Part shown: positions 9,790 through 18,399 of the stretch, in pieces | Layout of the letters: every line of letters starts with the position of its first letter | How positions within the stretch are numbered: position 1 is the stretch's first letter | Source of the DNA: an uncultured Selenomonadales bacterium | Lineage (GTDB): Bacteria; Bacillota; Negativicutes; Selenomonadales; Selenomonadaceae | DNA: 64,000 nt | NCBI GenBank assembly: GCA_900315155.1 | Contig: OMYB01000005.1 | Span: 11,284 to 75,283 of the forward strand | Reading direction: 5' to 3' | The notes under the pieces: model-generated | The model's input: the letters and a program-made list of their open reading frames with translations, nothing else | Databases searched by the model: none | What the model was told of the DNA's origin: nothing | Program-made: the position numbers and the translations under genes

Positions 9790-10176
9790 TAATCTTATGA
9801 AGTCGGCAGCGACTACAGCAAGGAGAACCAGAAGGGCCATGCCTCTGCCGGTGCCACCGAGGCTCTCTGGATCAATGGCTCGCCGGTCTTCGGCGGTGTC
9901 GATGGTGGCGTGCTCGCCCATCCGGACCTGACGAAAGCGGCCAACCCGATCACCTACGTCAGCAAGACGAGTGCTCCGACGCTCTTCATGCATGGCACGG
10001 CCGATACCATCGTTTCCCCGAGCCAGACGGACCTCGTCTTCCAGGCTCTGCAGAAACAGGGCATCCCGTCCGAGCGCTACCTCCTCAAGGGCGCTGCTCA
10101 CGGCGGCGTATACTGGCAGCAGGAGAGCGTCTTCGACATCATCACGGCATGGTTCGACAAATACGTGAAGGGCTAA
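9790..10176 (+). pseudogene. C-terminal remnant of an alpha/beta-hydrolase (esterase/peptidase S9-like)
   Basis: The frame is open only from the stop at 9787. It translates as ...LWINGSPVFGGVDGGVLAHPDL...PTLFMHGTADTIV...GAAHGG. There is no start codon and no nucleophile-elbow region. Confidence 0.6.
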
Positions 10177-10226
10177 TGCGCCCCCTCCCCTGACTCCCAG
10201 ATACCATTCCACACATAAGAACAGAA

Positions 10227-10276
10227 AACCCCGATTCCGATGTTTCACGTGAAACATTGGAATCGGGGTTCTTTTT
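10227..10276. other. Extended hairpin with a parS core (10241..10256), flanked by A-run and T-run (bidirectional terminator-like)
   Basis: Sequence is aaccccgattccgatgtttcac|gtgaaacattggaatcggggtt+cttttt, with one G-U position. Confidence 0.85.
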
Positions 10277-10297
10277 ATGTCTTAACGGTGGTCCGTA

Positions 10298-12631
10298 TCA
10301 GGCTTTCTGGCCCGTGGAGTACATCTTGATGGGCTCCGGGTTGTCCTGGATAGTCCAGACGCCGCATGGGCAGACACCCGCGCAGATGCCGCAGCCGATG
10401 CAGCGGTTCGGATCGCTCTGGTATTCCCACGAGCCATCCTCTTTCTCGACGCGCGTGATGGCTTTCTGCGGGCAGCTCTCGAGGCACATCTTGCAGTCGC
10501 GGCAGGTACCGCAGCTCACGCAGCGCGTGTGGTCATCGACTGGGTCGCAGAGTTCACAGTGATGGCAGCGCTCGAAGTATGCCGTCGCGAGGCGGTCAGC
10601 CGGGATACGCTGTTTCTGCGGGAACGGCTCGTCCGTGCCAGCGAGGTACTGCTCGACGGCCCATGCCGCCTTGCGGCCGCTGCCGATGGCATCCGTGAGG
10701 CGGCCCGGTTTGATCGTATCGCCCGCCGTGAACACGCCCGGCAGGATACTCTGATTCGCATCCGGGATGAGCCACGTATCGCGGAACTTCTTGATGCGCT
10801 CATCGTCGGGCAGGAAGTCGAGTTCCGGTGCTTCGCCGATGGAGACGATGACCTGATCGGCCGGAATGAAGCGGCCGTCGTTGCCATAGACGCCCTCAGC
10901 CGTGATCTTCGTCGTGAAGAACGGCCAGACGAGCTTGCCGCCGAGACCTTCGATGTAGTCGATCTCTTTCTGGAACGCCGCCGGCTTCTGCACATCGACG
11001 GCAACGACCGTCTCTGCGCCCATCTCGTAGGCACCGCGGCAGGTATCCATGCCGGAGTTACCGGCGCCGATGACGACGACATGCTTACCCGTTGCCGGGT
11101 GCTCACCGCGGTTGATGGCCTTGAGGTACTCAAGACCCATCGTGAGGCGCTCGACACCCTCCCAGTTGAAGTAACGGGACTTCGTGCCACCCGTTGCGAC
11201 GACGACAGCATCGCACTCCTGCTGAAGCTCGGCGAATTTTGCCTTATCGACCTTGCAGTCCGGGACAAACTTCACGCCGACGCCCTCGATGCGTTTGAGC
11301 TCGGCCTCGAGCAGCTCGTGCGACAGACGGCCGCGCGGGATGACCTGCTCGAGCTTGCCGCCGATGTGCGCGGCCTCATCGTAGACCGTGACCGTATGCC
11401 CCTTGCGGGCGAGCTGCCAGGCCGTAGAGAGGCCGGCAACGCCGCCGCCGATGACAGCGATCTTCTTGCCCGTGTGCTCCTTCGGCGGCTCCACTTTCGC
11501 GAATGCCGAAAGATAGCCGAGCGGTCCGATCTGGATCGGCTCGTCGATGCCGCCGCGCGTGCAGGCATCCATGCAGGGGTTCGGGCAGACCGAGCCGCAG
11601 ACGGAGCCTGGGAATGGCGTATAGTCGAGCTCGAGCTGGATGGCTTCGTCCGTCTTTCCAAGACGGATGAGGTCGTAGCGGCGCTGCGTCGGGATGCCCG
11701 TCGGGCAGTTGAACTCGCAGGGAGCCGCGTATTTCGCGTTATCCCAGCTCGGGACGCGCAGGCGGTAGAGTCCCGTGTTGAGCGTCGGATGCACGGCGAA
11801 ATCGTCATGGGCAACATCGGAGAAGATACCGCCCTTGACCCACTCGCGCAGGCGGAAGCTCTTGAGGTCCGGCAGCGGTTTCGGCTTCTTCTCTGCTGCC
11901 GTCAGTGGACGCAGCTTCTGCCATTCGCTCCAATCCGAGAGCGCATCGAGGAGCTCCGGACGGCGGACTTTCTCGAGGAACGTCTCCATGCCGCCAGCGA
12001 GGAACTCGATGTCCTCCTGCTCGAGCGGCAGTTTCTGGATGTCTGCCGGCAGTGCCGGTACCTCGCCGCGCACATAGACGACGCCGCCGACCATGCCGAC
12101 GCAGGGACGCTCGCCGAGGACGGTATCAAAAGCCTCGCTGTCGACGCCGCAGATCACGGCACGACCGCCGCCCATAAACTCGAACGAGAACGAGCCGACA
12201 TTCTTGAGAATCCAGAGTTCCGGCTCCTCGTACAGTGGATCGTGCTTCATGAGCGAGCCCGTACGCGTGCCGCCGCGGCCGCCGATGTAGATTTTACCAC
12301 CGGAGGAGCAGTGGCCCGCCGTATCGCCGGCATCGCCCGTGACCGTGATGATACCGCCGGAGTTCAGCCAGCCGACATCGGCCGAAGCAGAGCCATCGAC
12401 GAAGATTTCCGTATTCGGCATGCACATGGAGCCCACGCGCTGGCCCGGATTCGTGACGTGGAAATGCAGGGGCTTGCCATCTTTGTTCCACAACGGGCCG
12501 CCAATATCATGCTGACCGGAGGCTGCGATCTCGAACTCGGTCTCGCCGTTCTGTACGGCATCACCGATAGCCAGGAGCAGGTCCTGCGTGGACATGCGGT
12601 CGTGGCCTTTCATGGTTTCCATCTTAAACAT
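10298..12631 (-). CDS. Glutamate synthase subunit: GXGXG (GltB C-terminal) domain fused to a GltD-like FAD/NAD(P) oxidoreductase and a C-terminal 2x[4Fe-4S] ferredoxin
   Basis: 777 aa. Has GDAGD/GGKIYIGG repeats, the dinucleotide fold KKIAVIGGGVAGL, and C-terminal CxxCxxCxxxCP motifs. Confidence 0.85.
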   Translation of the reverse strand: MFKMETMKGHDRMSTQDLLLAIGDAVQNGETEFEIAASGQHDIGGPLWNKDGKPLHFHVTNPGQRVGSMCMPNTEIFVDGSASADVGWLNSGGIITVTGDAGDTAGHCSSGGKIYIGGRGGTRTGSLMKHDPLYEEPELWILKNVGSFSFEFMGGGRAVICGVDSEAFDTVLGERPCVGMVGGVVYVRGEVPALPADIQKLPLEQEDIEFLAGGMETFLEKVRRPELLDALSDWSEWQKLRPLTAAEKKPKPLPDLKSFRLREWVKGGIFSDVAHDDFAVHPTLNTGLYRLRVPSWDNAKYAAPCEFNCPTGIPTQRRYDLIRLGKTDEAIQLELDYTPFPGSVCGSVCPNPCMDACTRGGIDEPIQIGPLGYLSAFAKVEPPKEHTGKKIAVIGGGVAGLSTAWQLARKGHTVTVYDEAAHIGGKLEQVIPRGRLSHELLEAELKRIEGVGVKFVPDCKVDKAKFAELQQECDAVVVATGGTKSRYFNWEGVERLTMGLEYLKAINRGEHPATGKHVVVIGAGNSGMDTCRGAYEMGAETVVAVDVQKPAAFQKEIDYIEGLGGKLVWPFFTTKITAEGVYGNDGRFIPADQVIVSIGEAPELDFLPDDERIKKFRDTWLIPDANQSILPGVFTAGDTIKPGRLTDAIGSGRKAAWAVEQYLAGTDEPFPQKQRIPADRLATAYFERCHHCELCDPVDDHTRCVSCGTCRDCKMCLESCPQKAITRVEKEDGSWEYQSDPNRCIGCGICAGVCPCGVWTIQDNPEPIKMYSTGQKA

Positions 12632-12651
12632 AGTTCAGTTCTCCTCCCCTA

Positions 12652-14283
12652 TCAGCATACGTACTGGATGCCCAGACGGTCGGCCACGGCCTTATCCGTG
12701 GACACGAGGGCGTCGCTGCGGCCGATTGGCAGCGAGCTGTTGCCGATCGGGGCCATGAGTTTCTTGAGCTCCGTATCGAAAGTGAGAACGTAATCGACAA
12801 TCTTCTGCGCGCCGCGATCGACGTCGAGACGCTTGACGAGGCGCGGATCCTGCGAGCAGATACCCATCGGGCACTTACCCGTGTTGCAGGCGTTGCAGCG
12901 GCCCTGCTCGTTGCCGACGCAGCCGAGCAGCTGGATGAGGAACTTGCCGCAGAACACACCGTTCGCGCCGAGGCACATCATCTTGAACGCATCGGCTGCT
13001 GCATCGCCCGTCATGCCGATACCGCCGCCGCCGTAAAGAGGAATCTGGCCCTGGCGGCCCTGCTTGACGGCTGCGAGGTAGCAGTCGCGGATCTTCGAGA
13101 CGACCGGATGGCCCGTGTGGTCGAGTGAGACCTCATTGGCTGCGCCCGTGCCGCCCTGGATACCATCGATGAAGAAACCGCCGCAGATGTGGTACGGGTC
13201 GCGCAGCAGGTTGTTGTAGACGGAGACCGACGTTGCCGAAGCCGCGCACTTGATGGCGACCGGCACGCGGAACCCGAACGCCGCGTTCATCGAGAGATGC
13301 ATTTTTTGCACGGACTCCTCGATGGAGTACAGGCCCTGATGGTTTGGAGGCGAGGCCAGCGTTGCTTTCGGGACACCGCGGATTGCTTGGACGTGCTCGG
13401 CTACCTTTGCCTCCGGCAGCAGGCCGCCATCGCCCGGTTTTGCACCCTGGCCGATCTTGATGAGGATACCGGCCGGGTCCGTGACCATGTGCGGCATCGC
13501 CTTGATGATACGGTTCCAGCCGAAATGACCGGAAGCGATCTGGATGATGAAATACTTCAGGTAATCCGACTCCAGGAGCTTCACCGGCATACCGCCCTCG
13601 CCCGAGCTCATGCGCACAGGGATGTGGTAATGCTCGTTCAGGTAGCCGACGGCCATCGCCACGGCCTCCCACGCGCGCGTGGAAAGGGCACCGATGGACA
13701 TATCAGAGAATATCAGCGGGTAAATCCAGTGCACGGGAGGCGTGTGACCCGCCTGTACGAGCCGGCCATTCTCTACCTTGAACGGCAGTTCCTTGGCAGA
13801 GAGCACGCGGCCGAACGGTGCGCGCATATCAAACGTATGGCGTGCCGCATCGAGTGACGGGTCCGTCATCTGGGAGATACGGCCGACGACGATCGTGTCG
13901 AGTGCGCGCTGTGCGTTGAGGTTCGTGCGGCCGCCGCGCTTGATGGGGCCGTGGTCCTTGGAGAGCAGCGTCTTGCGTGTATCCGGGTTACGCACGGGCT
14001 TGATGGCCTGATTCGGGCAGACCTTCTCGCAGATCCCGCAGCCGCGGCAGTAATCCGTCAGGCTCGCGACCTGCTGGATGACCGGGCGTGCCTCGTGGCG
14101 CTTCAGCGGCTTCGGCTGGTTCTCGACGGAGACCGTCATATCGCGGCGCTGGACGCCGACCTTGATGGCCTTGAACGAGCAGCTGGCCACGCAGCTGCCG
14201 CACATCGTGCAGCGTTCCGGATGATAATCAATTTTCCAGGGGAGATCGTTGACTCCCACATCCTGTGTCATTACTGTTTGCAT
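12652..14283 (-). CDS. Glutamate synthase FMN-binding (GltB domain 2) subunit with N-terminal 2x[4Fe-4S] ferredoxin
   Basis: 543 aa. Has CTMCGSCVASC and CRGCGICEKVCP motifs followed by a TIM-barrel GOGAT core (GEGG, KIGQGAKPGDGG, DGIQGGTGA). Confidence 0.85.
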   Translation of the reverse strand: MQTVMTQDVGVNDLPWKIDYHPERCTMCGSCVASCSFKAIKVGVQRRDMTVSVENQPKPLKRHEARPVIQQVASLTDYCRGCGICEKVCPNQAIKPVRNPDTRKTLLSKDHGPIKRGGRTNLNAQRALDTIVVGRISQMTDPSLDAARHTFDMRAPFGRVLSAKELPFKVENGRLVQAGHTPPVHWIYPLIFSDMSIGALSTRAWEAVAMAVGYLNEHYHIPVRMSSGEGGMPVKLLESDYLKYFIIQIASGHFGWNRIIKAMPHMVTDPAGILIKIGQGAKPGDGGLLPEAKVAEHVQAIRGVPKATLASPPNHQGLYSIEESVQKMHLSMNAAFGFRVPVAIKCAASATSVSVYNNLLRDPYHICGGFFIDGIQGGTGAANEVSLDHTGHPVVSKIRDCYLAAVKQGRQGQIPLYGGGGIGMTGDAAADAFKMMCLGANGVFCGKFLIQLLGCVGNEQGRCNACNTGKCPMGICSQDPRLVKRLDVDRGAQKIVDYVLTFDTELKKLMAPIGNSSLPIGRSDALVSTDKAVADRLGIQYVC

Positions 14284-15377
14284 CTCGATACCTCCAGATC
14301 GTTGTCGATGACGACGATTTCGCGCTCATTCGGATAGAGATCCTTTGTCTGGTCGCGGTCCGGCATGATTTCGTTCAGACCGCAGACCTCCGAGGAAATG
14401 GCGACCATCGTATCCGTGCGGCCGACGACGACCGGGCGGAACTTCTTCGAGTCGCAGCACGTGATCATCTTCTTATCCGGCAGGACCCCGATGATCGTGT
14501 TCGGGCCGTTGATCTCGAGGTTCGCGAGGCTCTCGCGGATATCGAGCAGAACGTCCTTGTCCGGGCGCTCGGCGATCTCCTCGAACGGCAGCGGCGTGAT
14601 GACGTGCTTGTAATACATAAGCGGCCATTTCAGCTCATGATGCACGTAATGAAGGGTATTGAGGAAGCACTGCGAGTCGGACTCGAATCCGATGTACCCG
14701 CGGTGCAGGGATTTCTGGAACTCCTTGTTCTTCGTGTAGAACGTGTTCTCACCGTTCGCGCAGAGCGTGTAGCCCTGCAGGAAGAACGGATGGGCGGCGT
14801 AGCGCACGATGTCGTAGTTCGTGTTCTGGCGGCACTGGGCGACGATGGACTTCGCCATGAGGCAGCCGTTATCATCCCAGAGATGGAAATACGTCGCGAT
14901 GTCGCGCGGATCGCCGATTTCCTTCAGCGTCAGCACATCCGGCCAGAACGAGTACACATAGCCCTCGCCCGCATCCTCCAGGATCTTGCGGAGCGCGAGG
15001 CGCGTATCGAGGAGCAGGTCTTCCTTCTCCTCTTTCGTCATTTGCTCGGCATCCTCCGGGTAATCGTAGTTGCGGAAGATGTAATACGGCATTGCCTGGA
15101 TATCGAGCCCCGGGCGTTTGTCGGGGATAGGAATCCACTCCGCGAGCTGCACAAAGTTGTGCGCATCCATGTAATCCTCGACAAGCTGCTCGCCGCGCTG
15201 CGTGCAGGCCAGGGACAGCAGCGGCTTGTCCTTATAGTTGGCAAAGATACCATATAGGTCCTGCATGACCATCGCAAAGCCCGAGTTATCATGCCCCTCC
15301 TGCTGCGGCAGCATCAGCCGCAGGGCCAGGGAAGGCTGTACGGGGATTTTGCTCTTGATTGAACCAATCCTGCACAT
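14271..15377 (-). CDS. Class-II (Ntn) glutamine amidotransferase subunit of glutamate synthase
   Basis: I chose the start at MCRIGS (Cys2 nucleophile), which has AAGGAGAG 6 nt upstream. The gene overlaps the next gene by 13 nt. Confidence 0.85.
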   Translation of the reverse strand: MCRIGSIKSKIPVQPSLALRLMLPQQEGHDNSGFAMVMQDLYGIFANYKDKPLLSLACTQRGEQLVEDYMDAHNFVQLAEWIPIPDKRPGLDIQAMPYYIFRNYDYPEDAEQMTKEEKEDLLLDTRLALRKILEDAGEGYVYSFWPDVLTLKEIGDPRDIATYFHLWDDNGCLMAKSIVAQCRQNTNYDIVRYAAHPFFLQGYTLCANGENTFYTKNKEFQKSLHRGYIGFESDSQCFLNTLHYVHHELKWPLMYYKHVITPLPFEEIAERPDKDVLLDIRESLANLEINGPNTIIGVLPDKKMITCCDSKKFRPVVVGRTDTMVAISSEVCGLNEIMPDRDQTKDLYPNEREIVVIDNDLEVSRCKQ

Positions 15378-15478
15378 AACGTTCTCTCCTTTAAATACTT
15401 CTACACAAAGCGAGTAAACAAAGCGAATTAATACATACAACTGTGTTCTGTGTATGAATACTGTGTTACGTATTTACT

Positions 15479-15507
15479 ATTATAAGGAGGTGTTCCTGCT
15501 ATGTCAA
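15479..15507 (-). promoter_or_regulatory. Consensus sigma-70-type promoter TTGACA-17-TATAAT for the glutamate synthase operon
   Basis: Read on the minus strand as ttgaca tagcaggaacacctcct tataat, about 100 nt upstream of the start codon. Confidence 0.6.
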
Positions 15508-15675
15508 TGTATCCTTTGCATGTATACAGGAATACAACTATGTTATTTTTATCAATTTACACGGATATACTATACCGTTCTGTCATAGTTGAGCAAAACC
15601 ACCCACACCTGCGCAAAAACAGAGACTATCGAAACAAATCTTTTCGATAACGGATAAAACCGACATGGGAATCCA

Positions 15676-15684
15676 TGCTATAAT
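15676..15684 (+). promoter_or_regulatory. Extended -10 element (TGCTATAAT) upstream of the Uma2 gene
   Basis: TGnTATAAT match 27 nt upstream of the ATG at 15711. Confidence 0.4.
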
Positions 15685-15710
15685 ATGGTAAAAGAAAGGA
15701 TGTGTTTGCC

Positions 15711-16292
15711 ATGGATAATCTCGCTCTGAAAGAACCACCACGCATCGAGCGAATAGATGGCACGACGATCATGATGTCGCCGCGCCCGCTCATCCAGCAC
15801 AGTGTCGTGAGCTCAAATATCTACCGGATTTTCGCCTCCTATCTGCATGGCAAGCCGTGCAAGGCTTTCGCAGACGGCGTGGACGTCCACCTGGATGACC
15901 AGAATTGGTTCATCCCCGACGTGTCGATCGTCTGCGACCGATCCATCATCCACCGCGATGGCATCCACGGCGCACCGGACCTCGTCGTGGAGGTCCTCTC
16001 CCCCTCCACAGCCCGCAACGACCGCGGTCCCAAAATGCAGCACTATGCGGCCGCCGGGGTGAAAGAATACTGGATCGTCTCACCACTCGCAAAGAGTGTA
16101 GAAGTCTACCTGAACCACGACGGCAATTTCAAACTCGACGATATCTATACGGACTACCCCGAATGGGAACTCTCCCGCATGACCGACGAAGAACGCCAAG
16201 CCATCCGCATGGACATCCCCGTCAGCCTATACGACGACCTCCTCGTCAACGTCAAAGACGTCTTCGAAGACGTCGATGCCTTCAACCATTAA
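15711..16292 (+). CDS. Uma2-family (DUF820) putative endonuclease
   Basis: Has the PDVSIV...PDLVVEVLSPST...KMQHYAAAGVKEYWIV motif block. I preferred the ATG at 15711 over the GTG at 15702 because of RBS spacing. Confidence 0.8.
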   Translation: MDNLALKEPPRIERIDGTTIMMSPRPLIQHSVVSSNIYRIFASYLHGKPCKAFADGVDVHLDDQNWFIPDVSIVCDRSIIHRDGIHGAPDLVVEVLSPSTARNDRGPKMQHYAAAGVKEYWIVSPLAKSVEVYLNHDGNFKLDDIYTDYPEWELSRMTDEERQAIRMDIPVSLYDDLLVNVKDVFEDVDAFNH

Positions 16293-16346
16293 CGACTGAG
16301 TCGGTCCACAAATTGAGTGCAAATTTCCCTATTCATTTCGAATAAC

Positions 16347-16392
16347 AAAGAGGCATCCTGCGCAACAGACGCAAGATGCCTCTTTATTCTTT
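16347..16392. terminator. Bidirectional intrinsic terminator between convergent genes
   Basis: Stem aaagaggcatc...gatgcctcttt followed by attctttcc. Confidence 0.55.
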
Positions 16393-16417
16393 CCCCTTTA
16401 TTGAAACGCACCATTTG

Positions 16418-16849
16418 TCATTCGAGTAGTGGCGTCTCATGTAAATCTGTTAACAGATTGTTTGTATCCGTGACGCTCAGGTGTTTTTCGAGGGCATGCC
16501 ACAGAATGCTGTCCCAGGGCTCTCGCACGTACAGGCGGGGGCAGTGTGCGTAGTAGAGCAAGTACTGAGCCTCCTGGGGGGTGAGCTCCATGGCCAGGGC
16601 GAGGGCGAGCACTTTTTGCCGCGAGGGATTGGGCTTGCGCCCATCGAAGATGTGATAGGCATAACTTTGATCGAGTCTGGTGCGCCCGGCGACGAGCGAA
16701 CGCGTGAGCTTTTTTTCGTTCAGCAGAATCTGCAGATGTTCTGCGAGTGTCCGTGGCGCAAGTTCCTCTCCATTTTCGGCGAAATAGGCGCGCACGTCCG
16801 TTGCGGCGCTGAGCGCCTGTTCGAGTTCCTCAGTATCCTTCTTTTTCAT
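16418..16849 (-). CDS. HTH (XRE-like) domain protein
   Basis: 143 aa from MKKKD, with GGGGG 6 nt upstream. The HTH region is LLNEKKLTRSLVAGRTRLDQSYAYHIFDGRKPNPSRQKVLALA. Confidence 0.7.
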   Translation of the reverse strand: MKKKDTEELEQALSAATDVRAYFAENGEELAPRTLAEHLQILLNEKKLTRSLVAGRTRLDQSYAYHIFDGRKPNPSRQKVLALALAMELTPQEAQYLLYYAHCPRLYVREPWDSILWHALEKHLSVTDTNNLLTDLHETPLLE

Positions 16850-16922
16850 CGTGTACCCCCTTGGCAAATCTTCTTCCATAGCATATCATAGGAAGCAGAC
16901 GCAAACAAGGGGAGGTGGGAGC

Positions 16923-17546
16923 GTGAAGCCGGCTGTCGAGTATCTGCTCGCGCAGTGCCAAAAGCTGCACTGTTTAAAACAGTCGCCGCGCGGTGAGGTC
17001 TGGATGGCACTGGATCAAGCGGAGCGGCCTGTGATCTATAAGTGCCTGCACCGTACGGGGCTGGCACTCACGCATCTCAAGGACATCCACCATCCCCTTT
17101 GGCCGAGGATCTATGCCGTGGCAGAGGACGAGGATGGCACGACGCATGTCCTTGAGGAGTACGTACAGGGCGAGCCGATGAGCCGTCGCATCGAGACGCA
17201 GCAATGGCTGAAGGAAGATGAGGCAAAAGACATCCTCATCCAACTAGCCAGCGGGCTCAGTATCCTTCACGCGCATCATATTCTGCACCGTGATATCAAG
17301 CCGGGTAACCTCATCGAGCAACCGGGCGGTATCACCAGGCTCATCGATTTTGATGCCGCCCGCGAAATGGGCGAGGATAAAGAGGCCGACACCGTCTACC
17401 TCGGCACGAAGGGCTATGCGCCGCCCGAGCAGTATGGCTATGGCCAGACGGACGCACGCATACTCTCGCTGAACATCAAAGGGATCGACGACTTTACGAC
17501 ATACAGCGTACGCATGAGCTTCGAATTCTATCCGCAGCCCCAATAA
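16923..17546 (+). CDS. Hanks-type Ser/Thr protein kinase catalytic domain, C-terminally truncated
   Basis: GTG start after GGGGAGGTGGGAG. Motifs HRDIKPGNL, DFDAAR and GTKGYAPPEQ are present. The sequence diverges right after GQTDAR, and subdomains IX-XI are absent. Confidence 0.75.
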   Translation: MKPAVEYLLAQCQKLHCLKQSPRGEVWMALDQAERPVIYKCLHRTGLALTHLKDIHHPLWPRIYAVAEDEDGTTHVLEEYVQGEPMSRRIETQQWLKEDEAKDILIQLASGLSILHAHHILHRDIKPGNLIEQPGGITRLIDFDAAREMGEDKEADTVYLGTKGYAPPEQYGYGQTDARILSLNIKGIDDFTTYSVRMSFEFYPQPQ

Positions 17547-17554
17547 AAACACTG

Positions 17555-17592
17555 TCCCCGCAGGACAACAAAACCTGCGGGGACTTTTGTAT
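17555..17592. terminator. Intrinsic terminator between convergent genes
   Basis: Stem tccccgcagg...cctgcgggga followed by cttttgt. Confidence 0.6.
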
Positions 17593-17608
17593 ACTGAGAG
17601 CTGGGAAC

Positions 17609-17953
17609 TCAGTTCTTCGATTTTTTTCGTTCAAGCTGGTAGACAGCATCGAGCGTGATATCGACGATGCTGCGCCCGCTATCGCTGAGGCCGAGGTATT
17701 TCCGTATCTGATCATCCGCATGCGGATTGGGAGGGGCGGCCTCCTCTTTTGAGGTTTCATCATTTCCGAGGATGTAATCAGCACTGACGTGGAACAGGTC
17801 GCAGAGCTCCCGGATCTTTTGATTCGGACGAATGGCGCCGCTCTCATACTTGTTATAGGCCGTACGTGTGATGCCGATGGCATCCGCCACTTTTTGCTGG
17901 GACAGTCCCATCTGCTGCCGGAGCATCCGCAGCCGCATCGCAGAAATATTCAT
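17609..17953 (-). CDS. XRE-family HTH regulator (CI-like, with C-terminal extension)
   Basis: MNISAMRLRMLRQQMGLSQQKVADAIGITRTAYNKYESG... Confidence 0.8.
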   Translation of the reverse strand: MNISAMRLRMLRQQMGLSQQKVADAIGITRTAYNKYESGAIRPNQKIRELCDLFHVSADYILGNDETSKEEAAPPNPHADDQIRKYLGLSDSGRSIVDITLDAVYQLERKKSKN

Positions 17954-18008
17954 CGTATCACACAACCTTTCATAAACATTATAGAGAAGGGTGCGATGTT
18001 GAAGAAGT

Positions 18009-18025
18009 TGTGATTTTAACTCACA
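18009..18025. promoter_or_regulatory. Candidate operator TGTGA-N7-TCACA (copy 1)
   Basis: Sequence tgtgattttaactcaca, 56 bp upstream of the minus-strand XRE start. Confidence 0.45.
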
Positions 18026-18096
18026 AAAGAGGATATATAGATTTTGTGTAGAAGTAAAATCGTTGGAATATCATGATGAATGGTTCACTCTATATA

Positions 18097-18113
18097 TGTG
18101 AGTATTGTTCACA
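18097..18113. promoter_or_regulatory. Candidate operator TGTGA-N7-TCACA (copy 2)
   Basis: Sequence tgtgagtattgttcaca, 57 bp upstream of the plus-strand XRE start. Confidence 0.45.
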
Positions 18114-18169
18114 GATATAGCATAGAAGGGCTATCTGTAGAAGAAATGGAAACAGGGCAGGAGATAAAC

Positions 18170-18355
18170 ATGAGAAAACTGCACAATCTGCGCATCCAGC
18201 GCGGATATACCCAGAAACAGCTGGCAGATCTTATGCAAGTGGATCGTTCTATGATAGCCAAATGGGAAAATGGCATCAATAAGCCTCGGGCAGATCGGCT
18301 GCTTCAGCTGGCAAAGATTTTTCACTGCTCGGTAGATGAACTGCTGAAATCCTGA
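18170..18355 (+). CDS. Small XRE-family HTH regulator (Cro-like)
   Basis: 61 aa from MRKLHNLRIQRGYTQKQLADLMQVDRSMIAKWENG, with a GGCAGGAG RBS. Confidence 0.8.
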   Translation: MRKLHNLRIQRGYTQKQLADLMQVDRSMIAKWENGINKPRADRLLQLAKIFHCSVDELLKS

Positions 18356-18399
18356 GGCTATTGATTGCTGATAAATTTAAGGTTATGGAGGAAAGGATT

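Noticed and set aside
9797-9940. 47-aa ORF starting at the ATG after GGGGGAATAA
   Set aside because: It is in a different frame from the hydrolase homology. The product is Arg/Ser/Ala-rich junk inside a pseudogene remnant.
9670-10257. 195-aa ORF starting MFHVKH, with similar MFHVKH N-termini at 8141 and inside 24443..25150
   Set aside because: The MFHVKH peptide is simply the translation of the parS palindrome ATGTTTCACGTGAAACAT. The rest is antisense or noncoding sequence.
10529-12793. 754-aa plus-strand ORF
   Set aside because: It is entirely antisense to two well-supported glutamate synthase genes. The translation is R/A/D/L-rich with low complexity and no motifs, which is the usual high-GC antisense artefact.
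15501-15650. 49-aa plus-strand sORF with AAGGAGG 10 nt upstream
   Set aside because: The SD-like string is the complement of the spacer of a perfect minus-strand promoter. The peptide (MSMYPLHVYRNTT...) has no recognisable features. The sequence alone cannot support it.
16851-16922. Upstream extension of the kinase ORF (MYPLGKSS...)
   Set aside because: It overlaps the divergent HTH gene start. The GTG at 16923 has a strong GGGGAGGTGGGAG RBS and begins where kinase homology starts.
18009-18113. TGTGA...TCACA palindromes as CRP/cAMP sites
   Set aside because: The spacing is N7, not N6, and the host looks like a Firmicute. Their symmetric placement relative to two XRE genes fits cognate repressor operators better.
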